From Hyalangium minutum (GTDB lineage Bacteria > Myxococcota > Myxococcia > Myxococcales > Myxococcaceae), in the NCBI RefSeq assembly GCF_000737315.1, contig NZ_JMCB01000014.1:62001-126000 (forward strand): a stretch of DNA of 64,000 nucleotides. Direction: 5' to 3'. The first letter of the stretch is position 1. Each line of letters begins with the position of its first letter. Of the stretch, positions 52,808-62,850 are shown piece after piece. The notes beneath the pieces are model-generated. The model was not told the DNA's origin. It was given only the letters and a program-made list of their open reading frames with translations, and did no database searches. Made by a program: the position numbers and the translations under genes.

Positions 52808-53539
52808 TCAGTCCTCCACGTCCACGCAGACCTCCTCCACCTCCTGCACGGAGTACTCCGTGGCCCCGTTGATGGTCGCATAGGAGGTGGGGTTGCCGTT
52901 CACGTCGATCGCCCACCGTTCGCTGCGAGGAATGCAGGGCACGGAGCCATCGGGGGGACGGGTGCTCGTGCGCGAGTTGTAGTGGAGCGTCACGGTGCGC
53001 GTGGCGTCGTCGTAGACCATGCGGTTCCCCTTGTCGTCCGTGCAAATGTCAGTGGGTGGCGCCGCGAGGGGACGCCCGGCCTCATCCCACGTATCAAAGC
53101 CGTGGTTGATGAGCCGTCCCGCTGAATCGTAGACGTAGGACGTCTCCCCAAACGACTCCGCGTGAAGGTACGGAGCCACGATGGTCCCCGAGTCGAAGCC
53201 GTCGCGGCTGACGCTGACGGAGATGGCCCGCACGCGCCCCACTGGAGACTGTTCATCGATGAAGTCCCTCAGGCTGGCATAGCGAACGGTCTGGGTATGG
53301 ACCGAAGGCTTCGCGTACTGGTCCAGGTAGTGGGCGGTGCACGTCCTCTCGAGGAGATCCCTGTTGAGCGCACAGTCGACGCGAATGGGTGGCTGGATGT
53401 TGGGATAGCCGTTGGTGAGGCCCTCGCCCGAGGACAGGTATTGGGTGGCGTGGTTCCGGCAGCGCCGCGTGGGGCTGGGTTCACAGCCTACAGCCATCGA
53501 GACCAGTACCAGGGCGCTCACTCGCCAGAAGAAGCTCAT
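52808..53539 (-). CDS. Hypothetical lipoprotein with YD-like segments
   Basis: Lipobox AVGC; YVYDSAGRL and YDDATRTV. Confidence 0.7.
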   Translation of the reverse strand: MSFFWRVSALVLVSMAVGCEPSPTRRCRNHATQYLSSGEGLTNGYPNIQPPIRVDCALNRDLLERTCTAHYLDQYAKPSVHTQTVRYASLRDFIDEQSPVGRVRAISVSVSRDGFDSGTIVAPYLHAESFGETSYVYDSAGRLINHGFDTWDEAGRPLAAPPTDICTDDKGNRMVYDDATRTVTLHYNSRTSTRPPDGSVPCIPRSERWAIDVNGNPTSYATINGATEYSVQEVEEVCVDVED

Positions 53540-53596
53540 GTCATCTCCCGTGGATGGGATACGCCCGGCCGCGCACGTCGGAGAACAGGATAGCTC

Positions 53597-54406
53597 TCAG
53601 AGCCAGCTTGAGTCACACCGAGGGCAGCTCCGGGCCCGATCGTACTCAGCCAGCGGCCCCTCAAAACCACAGGCGAAGCAGGTGCGCGGCTTCCCCGCGG
53701 CGGCGCGCGGCGCCTCCTCTTCCCTGCGCACCGCCGGGGCGGGAACCAGGACTGCCTCGGGGAGGGGGCGTCCCGGCTCCCAGACCTCCTCGATGCGGGG
53801 AGCCTCCAGCCGCTCGGGTGTCCCCTCCACCACTGCGGCGACGAAGCCGGGGGGCATCTCACGCGCCGCGTGCCGTTTGAGGCTCACGTCCTGGGAGAGC
53901 GAAGAGCCCGCGTTCGTTTTCACGGCGAACGAGAACGACAGACCTCCGGACAACAGGGAGTCCTTCACCGAGTCGGCGATGTCGAACTCGACGGACATGG
54001 AGGGCGAGCGCATGTCGCTCTCCTTGGGAATCTCCAGCGTGTCGAAGAGCTTCCACGCCGGACGCACGCGCGTGGCCTTCGGGTGCAGCTTGGACTCCAC
54101 GCGGAACTGCAGCTCGGAGAGCCCCTCCGGGAGCGAGAGGGGCAGACTCCAACGGACGACCTTGCCTGCGGCGAGCGCCGGCAGCGGGAGGCGCTTGAGG
54201 CTCAGCTCGCCTCGGTTGTTTGTGAGCCGGGCGACGATGTGCAGACTGTCGGTCGTGATCAGCGGCTCAAAGGCGCTCTGCAGCCATACCGTCGCGACCG
54301 CGTCGCCGGACGGCCCTCGGACCACGGGCTCCACGTGGATGTGGACCGCGCCAAACTCGCGGGGCGTGCGCCCGGTGTGGTCCAGAAAGTCTTCATACTC
54401 TGGCAT
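53597..54406 (-). CDS. Hypothetical protein with C-terminal zinc ribbon
   Basis: CFACG...CPRCDS at the C-terminus; start uncertain. Confidence 0.7.
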   Translation of the reverse strand: MPEYEDFLDHTGRTPREFGAVHIHVEPVVRGPSGDAVATVWLQSAFEPLITTDSLHIVARLTNNRGELSLKRLPLPALAAGKVVRWSLPLSLPEGLSELQFRVESKLHPKATRVRPAWKLFDTLEIPKESDMRSPSMSVEFDIADSVKDSLLSGGLSFSFAVKTNAGSSLSQDVSLKRHAAREMPPGFVAAVVEGTPERLEAPRIEEVWEPGRPLPEAVLVPAPAVRREEEAPRAAAGKPRTCFACGFEGPLAEYDRARSCPRCDSSWL

Positions 54407-54584
54407 GCGCGCATCCTGCCCCTGTGCGCAACCCACCACAACTGCCCCTCCCGTCTGAAGGAATGCGCTAAGCCGCCCCCTACAGCCTCAGCCTGTGGCC
54501 GGATCAATGGGAGGCTGGAGATGACGCTCCCAGGCATCAAGGAGATACACCGGGCAGTGAGTCGGCCTGGGCCTGCTGCCCGGC

Positions 54585-55718
54585 CTACAGGAACGTCACG
54601 CCAATGGTGAAGCTGGCCAGGAAGCCTCCGTGCTGGGAGAGATCGGCGGCGATATCCAGCAAGGGGTTGAGCTCACTGCCATCCTGCGTTTGGACGTTGT
54701 CCTGGCGCAGCCGGAAGCCCCAGCCCAGGCGGGGCACCACGTACAGGTGGCTGCCCAGCGCTCCGCGCAGCCCCAGGGACGCGGTGGCCACGGGCGTGGG
54801 GAGCAGATCCGCGTACTGCGCATAGTCCCCGGACTTCAGGTAGGACTCGCCCCCCGTGTTGTAGCTCACGCCACCCTCCAGGAAGGGACTCGCGCGGCGA
54901 GCGCCGAGGGGGTACAGGCGAAGCTGCCCGCTCAGGCGCCGGCCCCAGGCGCCGAAGCCCGCGCCGAGATTGAGGCCCACGTACTCGACCGGACGAAACT
55001 CCAACTCCGCGCCCACGATGCCCGAGGGGCTGTTGAAGCCAGCCGCCAGCCCCAGATCCACCTTGTTCCGGCCGCTGGGCTTGGAGCGCAGCTCCGGCTC
55101 GTAGGAGTCATCCGAGTCCCGTGAGGAGGAGGAAGAAGAGGAGGAAGGAGAGGCAGCCTCCTGCGCTTGCATCTCGGCGATACGCTCGGCGCGGCTCTTG
55201 GGCCGAGGAGCAGGCTCTGCGGTCGGGGCCTCCGGCGCGGGAGCGGGTGCGGCAGCGACAGCGGGAGGCGCCGCCTCAGCCACCTGTTTCTTGCGCTGCT
55301 CCTCCAAGGTGGCGGCCTGGGCGAGGATGTCCTGCGCCATGGCCACCATGCCCTTGTTGCTCAACTTCGGGCTGGCATACTCGTACGAGAGCGGGTGGGA
55401 GAGCTGCGGCGGTTGAACGGTCTGGAGCGTGTAGACGAGCTTGTACTTCGGGCCGCTGCGCGCCAGCGTCGCGTCGACGCGCACCTCCACCCCCTCCAGC
55501 TCGGTGCCGGGCAGGAGCGTGGCCTGCTCGGGGTTCTCGGCCAGCGCCTGCTTCAGGCCCGCCAGGGTGCGCGTCTGCAGCGTGCGCGCGCTCATCGCGG
55601 GGACCGAGCTCTCGAAGTGTCCCAGTTGCAGGCGCACGGGCTCGGCGAGCGCGGCAACGGGAAGGGAGACAGCGCCTAGCGCAAGGCCGAGGCTCAGGGT
55701 TCTAAGGAGGGGGGGCAT
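54585..55718 (-). CDS. Exported protein with C-terminal outer-membrane beta-barrel-like domain
   Basis: Signal peptide ALA-E; Pro/Ala/Ser linker; alternating aromatic strands ending IGVTFL. Confidence 0.75.
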   Translation of the reverse strand: MPPLLRTLSLGLALGAVSLPVAALAEPVRLQLGHFESSVPAMSARTLQTRTLAGLKQALAENPEQATLLPGTELEGVEVRVDATLARSGPKYKLVYTLQTVQPPQLSHPLSYEYASPKLSNKGMVAMAQDILAQAATLEEQRKKQVAEAAPPAVAAAPAPAPEAPTAEPAPRPKSRAERIAEMQAQEAASPSSSSSSSSRDSDDSYEPELRSKPSGRNKVDLGLAAGFNSPSGIVGAELEFRPVEYVGLNLGAGFGAWGRRLSGQLRLYPLGARRASPFLEGGVSYNTGGESYLKSGDYAQYADLLPTPVATASLGLRGALGSHLYVVPRLGWGFRLRQDNVQTQDGSELNPLLDIAADLSQHGGFLASFTIGVTFL

Positions 55719-55865
55719 GTCGCGGGCTCCGGGGGTGAGCAGCGGGCCCTTGGACGGCGTACCCCTCGGAATATTCGGAGCGTTTTACGGTGGCGCTTTC
55801 TGGCTCTGGCTGGACTCCTGGCCCCCCGTGAGTGAAGAATCCTCCAACGCTTGGAGCCCTGCGCG

Positions 55866-56693
55866 ATGCGCCCACCGAACTGCAAGGTCATCCTCATCAC
55901 GGGAGCCTCGTCCGGCATCGGCAAGGCCTGCGCTGAGTTGCTGACCGCGGAAGACCACATCGTCTATGGGACGAGCCGCAGGCCCTCCGCTATGCCCACC
56001 GAGTACCGGATGCTGGAGATGGACGTCACCCGGGACGACTCGGTCCAGCGCGCGGTGGAGAGGGTCCTCGCCGAGTCCGGCACCCTCGACGTCGTGGTGA
56101 ACAACGCTGGCTATGCCCTGGCAGGTTCCATCGAGGACACCACCCTCGAGGAAGCGCAGCAGCAACTCGACACCAACTTCATGGGCACCGTGCGCGTGTG
56201 CAAGGCCGTGCTCCCGCCCATGCGTGCCCAGGGCTCGGGACTCCTTATCAACGTCAGCTCCCTGGGAGGTGCCCTGGGGCTTCCCTTTCAAGCCTTCTAC
56301 AGCGCCAGCAAGTTTGCACTGGAGGGCTTCACCGAGAGCTTGCGCCAGGAGGTGGCCCCGTTCGGGATCCAGGCCACCCTGATTCAACCCGGGGACGTGC
56401 GCACGCCCATCACCGACAACCGCCTCCAGGCTCGCCAGTCCGCTCCAGGCTCCGCCTACCGCGCGTGCTTCGAGGCGGCCCTGCGCATCATCGAGAAGGA
56501 GGAGCAGGCGGGTGTTGCGCCCGAGCAGGTCGCGCGGCTCGTGCTCGCGCTGGTGAACCACCCGTCCGTGGCCGTGCGTTACACCGTGGGCCACTTCTCC
56601 CAGCGCGCATCCACCGCCTCCAAGCCCTTCCTGCCCTCCCGGATGTTCGAGAAGCTCGTCATGTCCTTCTACGGCCTGTCCCGGCGCTCTTGA
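55866..56693 (+). CDS. Short-chain dehydrogenase/reductase
   Basis: TGASSGIG, NNAG, YSASK. Confidence 0.93.
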   Translation: MRPPNCKVILITGASSGIGKACAELLTAEDHIVYGTSRRPSAMPTEYRMLEMDVTRDDSVQRAVERVLAESGTLDVVVNNAGYALAGSIEDTTLEEAQQQLDTNFMGTVRVCKAVLPPMRAQGSGLLINVSSLGGALGLPFQAFYSASKFALEGFTESLRQEVAPFGIQATLIQPGDVRTPITDNRLQARQSAPGSAYRACFEAALRIIEKEEQAGVAPEQVARLVLALVNHPSVAVRYTVGHFSQRASTASKPFLPSRMFEKLVMSFYGLSRRS

Positions 56694-56708
56694 GCGGGAA
56701 ATCAACAG

Positions 56709-57554
56709 TCATTTCGCCGCCACAGGCTCCACGTTCAGCAGCCGCGTCAGCTTCGGCTGTACCCCGAAGGAGCCCAGCAGCGTCTCCAGCTTCGCGCGCG
56801 CCGGGCGGTTCTCCCGGTGCACGCGACGGCCCAGAATCAGCTCGTTCTTCAGCGAGTGCTCCCAGCCCGTCAGCTCCGTCACCGTCACCTGGTAGCCGAA
56901 CGACTCCAGCGTCATCGCCCGAATCACATTCGTCAGGTGCGAGCCGAACTCCCGCCGGTGCCACGGGTGCTGGAAGAGCATCCCCAGCGTCGCCTCCACC
57001 TCGGCCCGGTGGCCCTTGAGCTGCGCGGCCACCTCCGCCTGGCAGCACGGCACCACCGCCACGTAGTCCGCCCCGTGCTGGATGGCCGCCGCCAGCGCGT
57101 CATCCGTCGCCGTGTCACACGCGTGCAGCGCCGTGAGCAGGTGGATCCGCTCGGGCCACTGCGCGCCCTCCAGGTGCGCTGTCTGGAACTCCATCCGCGT
57201 GAAGCCCAGCCGCTTCGCCCGCTCCTCGGCACGCGCGGTCAGCTCGGCGCGGCCTTCAATCGACAGCATCGTGCCCGCCGCCGCATCCTTCAGGAACAGC
57301 TCGTAGAGGATGAAGCCCAGGTATGCGTTGCCGCTGCCCGCATCCACCACCACCGGCGAGGGGTGGCGCGTCAGAATGTCCTCCAGCGCCGGGCGCAGCA
57401 GCCCCACCAGGTGGTTGACCTGCTTGAGCTTGCGCAGAGAATCCGCGTTGAGGTGCCCCTCGCGCGTGAGCAGGTGCAGCTCGCGCAGGAGCGCCTGGGA
57501 CTGATCCGGCAAGAGCTCTCGCCGGACCTGGGGGGCTTTGACGTTGCGCCTCAG
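56709..57554 (-). CDS. Class I SAM-dependent methyltransferase (Methyltransf_32-like); start codon uncertain, possibly CTG
   Basis: RKLKQVNHL, VVDAGSGNAYL, ALHACDTATD, VPCCQ. Confidence 0.85.
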   Translation of the reverse strand: MRRNVKAPQVRRELLPDQSQALLRELHLLTREGHLNADSLRKLKQVNHLVGLLRPALEDILTRHPSPVVVDAGSGNAYLGFILYELFLKDAAAGTMLSIEGRAELTARAEERAKRLGFTRMEFQTAHLEGAQWPERIHLLTALHACDTATDDALAAAIQHGADYVAVVPCCQAEVAAQLKGHRAEVEATLGMLFQHPWHRREFGSHLTNVIRAMTLESFGYQVTVTELTGWEHSLKNELILGRRVHRENRPARAKLETLLGSFGVQPKLTRLLNVEPVAAK

Positions 57555-58117
57555 ACGGACACCACCTCGGTCACCTCGGGGATCAGCTCGCGCAGCCGCC
57601 CCTCGATGCCCATCTTCAGCGTCGCCGTGGAGGACGGGCACCCGCTGCACGAGCCCTGCATATGCAGGTAGACGATGCCGCCCTCGAACCGGTCCAGGGT
57701 AATGTCCCCGCCGTCCTGCGCCACCGCCGGGCGGATCTCCGCGTCCAGGATGTCCCGGATGCGGTCCTCCACCGAGCCGCTGCCGCCGCTGGCCGCCGCC
57801 GCGCGGGCCGCCGCCACCGCCGCCTCGTCCAACACTGGCTCGTTGGAGCCCAGGTGCGAGTCCAGCGTCGCCATCACCGCGTCATTCAGCTCGTCCCACT
57901 CGCCCTCGTCGCCCTTCGTCACGGTGACGAAGTTCAGGCCCACCATCACCGCCGTGACGCCCTTGACGTCCATCAGCTTGAGGGCCAGCGGGGACTTCTT
58001 CTCGGCGTCCTCCCGGTTGGTGAAGTTCACCGCGCCACTGGCCACCAGGCGCCGGTCCACCACGTACTTCAAGGTACTGGGGTTCGGGGTCCACTCGAGC
58101 TGGATGTTCACCGACAT
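57551..58117 (-). CDS. NifU/Nfu family Fe-S scaffold protein
   Basis: TPNPSTLKY N-terminal domain; RPAVAQDGGDI and GSCSGCPSS (CxxC). Confidence 0.93.
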   Translation of the reverse strand: MSVNIQLEWTPNPSTLKYVVDRRLVASGAVNFTNREDAEKKSPLALKLMDVKGVTAVMVGLNFVTVTKGDEGEWDELNDAVMATLDSHLGSNEPVLDEAAVAAARAAAASGGSGSVEDRIRDILDAEIRPAVAQDGGDITLDRFEGGIVYLHMQGSCSGCPSSTATLKMGIEGRLRELIPEVTEVVSV

Positions 58118-58315
58118 GGTCACACTCTCCTGTCTCTCTCCTCTAAGACGCCGGGCGCCCCATAGCAACCCAGACCCCTGGGACGCAAACGACCCATGTA
58201 TCCCACCGGCCCCCTTTCGCCCGGTGGGCCCGTCGTATGGGCCACAACTGGACGTCTGGGTGTAGAGCCCGATGCGGAGATCGGTGTATGACCCCATTAC
58301 TTAAGGACTTCTCCT

Positions 58316-58885
58316 ATGGAGCCGAAGCTTCCCGCCCGCCCTTCCGCCGAGCCCCGCGCCCTGCCCCGCATCCCGGTCAGTGTGATGGAGGGTCTCTTCC
58401 TGCGCGGCCTCAAGGCCGAGGGCCGGCTGGCCGAGCGCCTGCTCTCCTACGGGTATGACATCAAGAAGCCCGAGGTCAGCTACTCGGTGCTCACCTACCA
58501 GCGCTGCGTGAACGCCGCCCGCGCCGAGGCCTTTGGCCACCTGAGCGACGAGGAGGCCTACCGGCTGCTCGGCCGGAAGATGGTGGACGGCTTCCTGGAG
58601 ACGCTGGTGGGCAAGGTGGTGGCCGTGGCCATGCCCATGATTGGCCCGGCGCGCGTGGTGGAGCGCCTGCCCCGCTACTGCGCGATGATGGGCCGCGGCG
58701 AGATGGAGGTGCGCATCACCCCCGCCGGAGAGACGGCGCGCCGCATCTACTTCGGCGACATCTACAACCGCCCGGAGTTCTTGGCGGGAGCACTCGAGGT
58801 GGGCCTGGAGCGCGCGCACGTCAAGCCCACCGTCACCGTGGAAGAGCGCACCGCCGAGGGCTACCGGCTCTTCCTGCGCTGGTAG
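58316..58885 (+). CDS. DUF2378 family myxobacterial protein
   Basis: MEGLFLRGL...GYDIKKPEVSY...GRKMVDGFLETLVGK pattern. Confidence 0.8.
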   Translation: MEPKLPARPSAEPRALPRIPVSVMEGLFLRGLKAEGRLAERLLSYGYDIKKPEVSYSVLTYQRCVNAARAEAFGHLSDEEAYRLLGRKMVDGFLETLVGKVVAVAMPMIGPARVVERLPRYCAMMGRGEMEVRITPAGETARRIYFGDIYNRPEFLAGALEVGLERAHVKPTVTVEERTAEGYRLFLRW

Positions 58886-58948
58886 TTGCCCCGGGCGCTT
58901 CCTGGCGAGCCCCTCCCCTGGCCGTTATAGGCTCGCGCTACCTCCTGC

Positions 58949-60115
58949 GTGCCGATGTCCAGCTCCCTCCCGCTCACCTTGCGCGTCCACCGTGCCATCA
59001 CCGAGCTCCCTCGCGGGGCGTGGGATGGGCTGCTCGACGACGAGGCCGTGCCCTTCCTGGAGTGGGCCTTCCTGGCTGCGCTGGAAGAGGGCGGCTGCGC
59101 CACGCCGGAGCGAGGTTGGCACCCGAGGCACCTGACGCTGTGGCGAGGCTCGCGCCTGGTGGCCGCCGCACCCGCGTACCTCCGGGATGACAGTGACGGC
59201 GAGTTCGTCTTCGACGGGGCCTGGGCTACCGCCGCCGGGCGCCTGGGCCTGCGCTACTACCCGAAGCTGGTGCTCACCGTGCCCTTCACCCCCGCCACGG
59301 GCCGCCGGGTGCTGGTGGCTCCCGGAGAGGACCGGGCCGCCCGGGAGGCGGAGCTATACGGCGCCGCGCAGGAGTACGCCCGCGCCGAGCGGCTGTCCGG
59401 GCTCCACGTCCTCTTCCACACCGAGGCAGAGGCCGCAGGCCTGGAGGCTGCGGGCTTCGCGCTGCGCCTGGGGGTGCAGTACCAGTGGACGAACGCGGGC
59501 TACTCCACGCTGGAGGACTTCCTCGGCCGCTTCCACTCCAAGCGGCGGACCCAGCTCAAGCGCGAGCTGCGCGCCCCCGAGAGCCAAGGCATCACCCTGC
59601 GCACCTTGCGTGGCGAGGAGCTGGCCGAGCTGACGCCGGACGCGCTGTTCCGCCTGTACGCCTCCACGGTGGACAAGTACCCGTGGGGGCGGCGGTTCCT
59701 CACCCCGGACTTCTTCGCCCGGCTGCTCGCCACCTTCCGGCACCGCTGCGAATTCGTGGAGGCCCTCCGGGGAGGACAACGCATCGCTGGAGCGTTCAAC
59801 TTCGTCAGCCCGGGCGTCCTCTATGGCCGATACTGGGGCTGCTTCGAGGAGCATCCCTTCCTGCACTTCAACGTCTGCCTCTACCACCCCGTCCAGGAGG
59901 CCATCCGCCTCGGCCTGCGCCGCTTCGAGCCCGGGGCTGGCGGGGAGCACAAGCTCACCCGAGGTTTCGAGCCCCACATCACCTACAGCGCGCACCTGCT
60001 CCTTCACCCTGGACTCGACCGGGCGGTGCGTGCCTTCCTGCTCCAGGAGCAGGCTGCCGTCCGAGCGGGCCTGCCCAGGTGGCAGGCGGAGACGGGTTTC
60101 AAGGAGGAGGGCTGA
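58949..60115 (+). CDS. FemAB-related GNAT-fold protein (DUF482-like)
   Basis: PFLEWAFLAALE, GEFVFD, YYPKL...VPFTPATG, LYGRYWG, LHFNVCLY, EPGAGGEHKLTRGF. Confidence 0.88.
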   Translation: MPMSSSLPLTLRVHRAITELPRGAWDGLLDDEAVPFLEWAFLAALEEGGCATPERGWHPRHLTLWRGSRLVAAAPAYLRDDSDGEFVFDGAWATAAGRLGLRYYPKLVLTVPFTPATGRRVLVAPGEDRAAREAELYGAAQEYARAERLSGLHVLFHTEAEAAGLEAAGFALRLGVQYQWTNAGYSTLEDFLGRFHSKRRTQLKRELRAPESQGITLRTLRGEELAELTPDALFRLYASTVDKYPWGRRFLTPDFFARLLATFRHRCEFVEALRGGQRIAGAFNFVSPGVLYGRYWGCFEEHPFLHFNVCLYHPVQEAIRLGLRRFEPGAGGEHKLTRGFEPHITYSAHLLLHPGLDRAVRAFLLQEQAAVRAGLPRWQAETGFKEEG

Positions 60116-60152
60116 AGCGCGGCGAGCGCCTCAGCGTCTGAGGAAAGAGCTT

Positions 60153-60476
60153 ATGGCCCAGAAGTTCGAAAACGACGAGAACGTCGTTACAGAGACCCAG
60201 CACGAGAAGAAGCTCAAGAAGCCCAAGCTCTACAAGGTCCTCCTGCACAACGACAACTACACCACGCGCGAGTTCGTGGTGGCGGTGCTCAAGGAGGTCT
60301 TCCACAAATCCGAGACGGATGCCGTGCAGATCATGCTCCACGTTCATTACAACGGCATCGGCGTGGCGGGCGTTTATACGTATGAAGTCGCAGAGACGAA
60401 GATCAAGATTGTGGAGGCCGCAGCGCAGGACAATGGGTTCCCGCTGCGCCTCTCGATGGAACCAGAGGAAGGTTGA
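60153..60476 (+). CDS. clpS: ATP-dependent Clp protease adaptor ClpS
   Basis: YKVLLHNDNYTTREFV, MLHVHYNG, FPLRLSME. Confidence 0.96.
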   Translation: MAQKFENDENVVTETQHEKKLKKPKLYKVLLHNDNYTTREFVVAVLKEVFHKSETDAVQIMLHVHYNGIGVAGVYTYEVAETKIKIVEAAAQDNGFPLRLSMEPEEG

Positions 60477-60479
60477 ACC

Positions 60480-62771
60480 GTGGCTGGACCGCTGATTGCC
60501 AAGGAGTTGCAGACGAGCTTCCGCAATGCGCTGGAAGAGGCGCGGAAGATGCGGCACGAGTACCTCACGCTCGAGCACCTGCTGCTCGCGCTGACCAAGG
60601 ACGCGCGCACCCGCGAGGTCCTCAAGGCGTGCGGCGCCAACCTCAAGCGCCTGCAGGAGCGCCTGGAGACCTTCCTGGAGGAGACGGTCGAGCGCCTGCC
60701 CGAGGACGCGGACGCCGAGCCGCAGCAGACGATTGGCGTGGAGCGCGTGCTGCACCGCGCCGCCATGCACGCGCTGTCGGCCGAGCAGAAGGTGATTGAT
60801 GGGGGGGACATCCTGGTGGCCATGTTCCGCGAGGAGGAGAGCCACGCGCTCTACGTCCTGCAGCAGGAGGGCGTCACCCGGTTGGACTTGCTGAACTACA
60901 TCTCCCACGGCGTCTCCAAGGACGGCTCCCCGTCCGAGGGCGGCGGTGAGCCGCGCAATGTGCCCGCGGGGGAGGACGAGGACGGTGAGTCCTCGAAGAA
61001 GAGCCCGCTGGAGGCGTACACCACGGAGCTCAACAAGGAGGCCGCGGCGGGCCGGATTGATCCGCTGATTGGCCGCGAGAAGGAGCTGGAGCGCACCATC
61101 CAGGTGCTGTGCCGGCGCCGGAAGAACAACCCGCTCTACGTGGGCGAGACGGGCGTGGGCAAGACGGCCATCGCCGAGGGCCTGGCGCTGCACATCCACG
61201 AGGGCAAGGTGCCGGAGGTGCTCAAGGGCGCCACCGTGTACTCGCTGGACATGGGCGCGCTGCTTGCGGGCACGAAGTTCCGCGGCCAGTTCGAGGAGCG
61301 GCTCAAGGGCGTGCTCAAGGAGCTGCAGGAGCACCCCAACGCCATCCTCTTCATCGACGAGATTCACACCATCGTCGGCGCGGGAGCCACGAGCGGCGGC
61401 TCCATGGATGCATCCAACATCCTGAAGCCGGCGCTGGCCAACGGGCGGCTGCGGTGCATCGGCTCGACGACGTACCAGGAGTTCAAGGCGTCGTTCGAGC
61501 GCGACAGGGCGCTGTCTCGGCGCTTCCAGAAGATTGAGGTGCCGGAGCCCTCGGTGGAGGACACCATCAAGATCCTCGAGGGGCTCAAGAGCCGCTACGA
61601 GGACCACCACGGGGTGAAGTACGACACGGATGCCATCCGTGCGGCGGCGGAGCTGTCGGCCAAGCACATCAATGACCGGTTCCTGCCGGACAAGGCCATT
61701 GACGTCATCGACGAGACGGGCGCGGCGGAGAAGCTGAAGCCCGAGGGCGTGCGCACCGGCAAGGTGACGATGGCGGACGTGGAGAACGTGGTGGCGAAGA
61801 TGGCGCGGATTCCTGCCAAGAGCGTGTCGGCGCAGGAGGGCGTGCAGCTGCAGAACCTGGAGAAGGAGCTGCAGGGCGTCATCTTCGGCCAGGACGAGGC
61901 CATCCGGAACCTGACGAGCACCATCAAGCTGGCGCGCTCGGGCCTGCGGTCCCCGGAGAAGCCGATTGGCAGCTTCCTGTTCTCGGGCCCCACGGGCGTG
62001 GGCAAGACGGAGCTGGCCAAGCAGCTGGCGAAAGTGCTGGGGGTGGAGTTCCTGCGCTTCGACATGAGCGAGTACTCGGAAAAGCACACGGTGAGCCGGC
62101 TCATCGGTGCGCCTCCGGGGTACGTGGGCTTCGACCAGGGCGGCCTGCTGACGGACGCCATTCGCAAGCACCCCTACGCGGTGCTGGTGCTGGATGAGAT
62201 TGAGAAGGCGCACCCGGACCTGTTCAACATCCTGCTCCAGGTGATGGACCACGCGACGCTGACGGACAACAACGGCCGGAAGGCGGACTTCCGGAACATC
62301 ATCCTGATCCTGACAACGAACGCGGGAGCGCGGGAGATGAGCACCAAGTCCATCGGCTTCGGGGACGTGCAGGCGCCGGCGGATGCGAAGCGGGCGAAGA
62401 AGGCCATCGAGCACACGTTCACGCCGGAGTTCCGCAACCGCCTGGATGGATGGATCCTGTTCAGCGGCCTGTCGCCGGAGGTCATCCTCAAGGTGGTGGA
62501 CAAGGAAGTGGGCCTGCTCCAGGCGATGCTCACGGAGAAGAACGTGAAGCTGGAGCTGACGGCGCGGGCAAAGGCGTGGCTGGCCGAGCACGGGTACGAT
62601 CCGGCGTTCGGCGCGCGGCCGATGGCGCGGATGGTAGACAACACGCTGAAGAAGCCGCTGGCCGAGGCGCTGCTGTTCGGCGAGCTGAAGAAGGGTGGCG
62701 TGGCCCGGTTCGATGTGGAGGGCGATCAGCTCAAGCTGAAGACCGAGCCCGTCGAGGCGGCCACGGCGTAG
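60480..62771 (+). CDS. clpA: ATP-dependent Clp protease ATP-binding subunit ClpA
   Basis: [14 protein letters not shown]-domain; Walker A GETGVGKT and GPTGVGKT; directly after clpS. Confidence 0.96.
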   Translation: MAGPLIAKELQTSFRNALEEARKMRHEYLTLEHLLLALTKDARTREVLKACGANLKRLQERLETFLEETVERLPEDADAEPQQTIGVERVLHRAAMHALSAEQKVIDGGDILVAMFREEESHALYVLQQEGVTRLDLLNYISHGVSKDGSPSEGGGEPRNVPAGEDEDGESSKKSPLEAYTTELNKEAAAGRIDPLIGREKELERTIQVLCRRRKNNPLYVGETGVGKTAIAEGLALHIHEGKVPEVLKGATVYSLDMGALLAGTKFRGQFEERLKGVLKELQEHPNAILFIDEIHTIVGAGATSGGSMDASNILKPALANGRLRCIGSTTYQEFKASFERDRALSRRFQKIEVPEPSVEDTIKILEGLKSRYEDHHGVKYDTDAIRAAAELSAKHINDRFLPDKAIDVIDETGAAEKLKPEGVRTGKVTMADVENVVAKMARIPAKSVSAQEGVQLQNLEKELQGVIFGQDEAIRNLTSTIKLARSGLRSPEKPIGSFLFSGPTGVGKTELAKQLAKVLGVEFLRFDMSEYSEKHTVSRLIGAPPGYVGFDQGGLLTDAIRKHPYAVLVLDEIEKAHPDLFNILLQVMDHATLTDNNGRKADFRNIILILTTNAGAREMSTKSIGFGDVQAPADAKRAKKAIEHTFTPEFRNRLDGWILFSGLSPEVILKVVDKEVGLLQAMLTEKNVKLELTARAKAWLAEHGYDPAFGARPMARMVDNTLKKPLAEALLFGELKKGGVARFDVEGDQLKLKTEPVEAATA

Positions 62772-62783
62772 CAGCGCCGGTCC

Positions 62784-62839
62784 CCCGGGAGGAGAGCGCC
62801 TCTCCTCCTGGGTACTGGCCCCCTCCAAGGGGGCCAGTA
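62784..62839 (+). terminator. Two adjacent stem-loops after clpA
   Basis: CCCGGGAGGAGAG/CTCTCCTCCTGGG and perfect 11-bp TACTGGCCCCC/GGGGGCCAGTA. Confidence 0.6.
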
Positions 62840-62850
62840 GAATCATTGGG

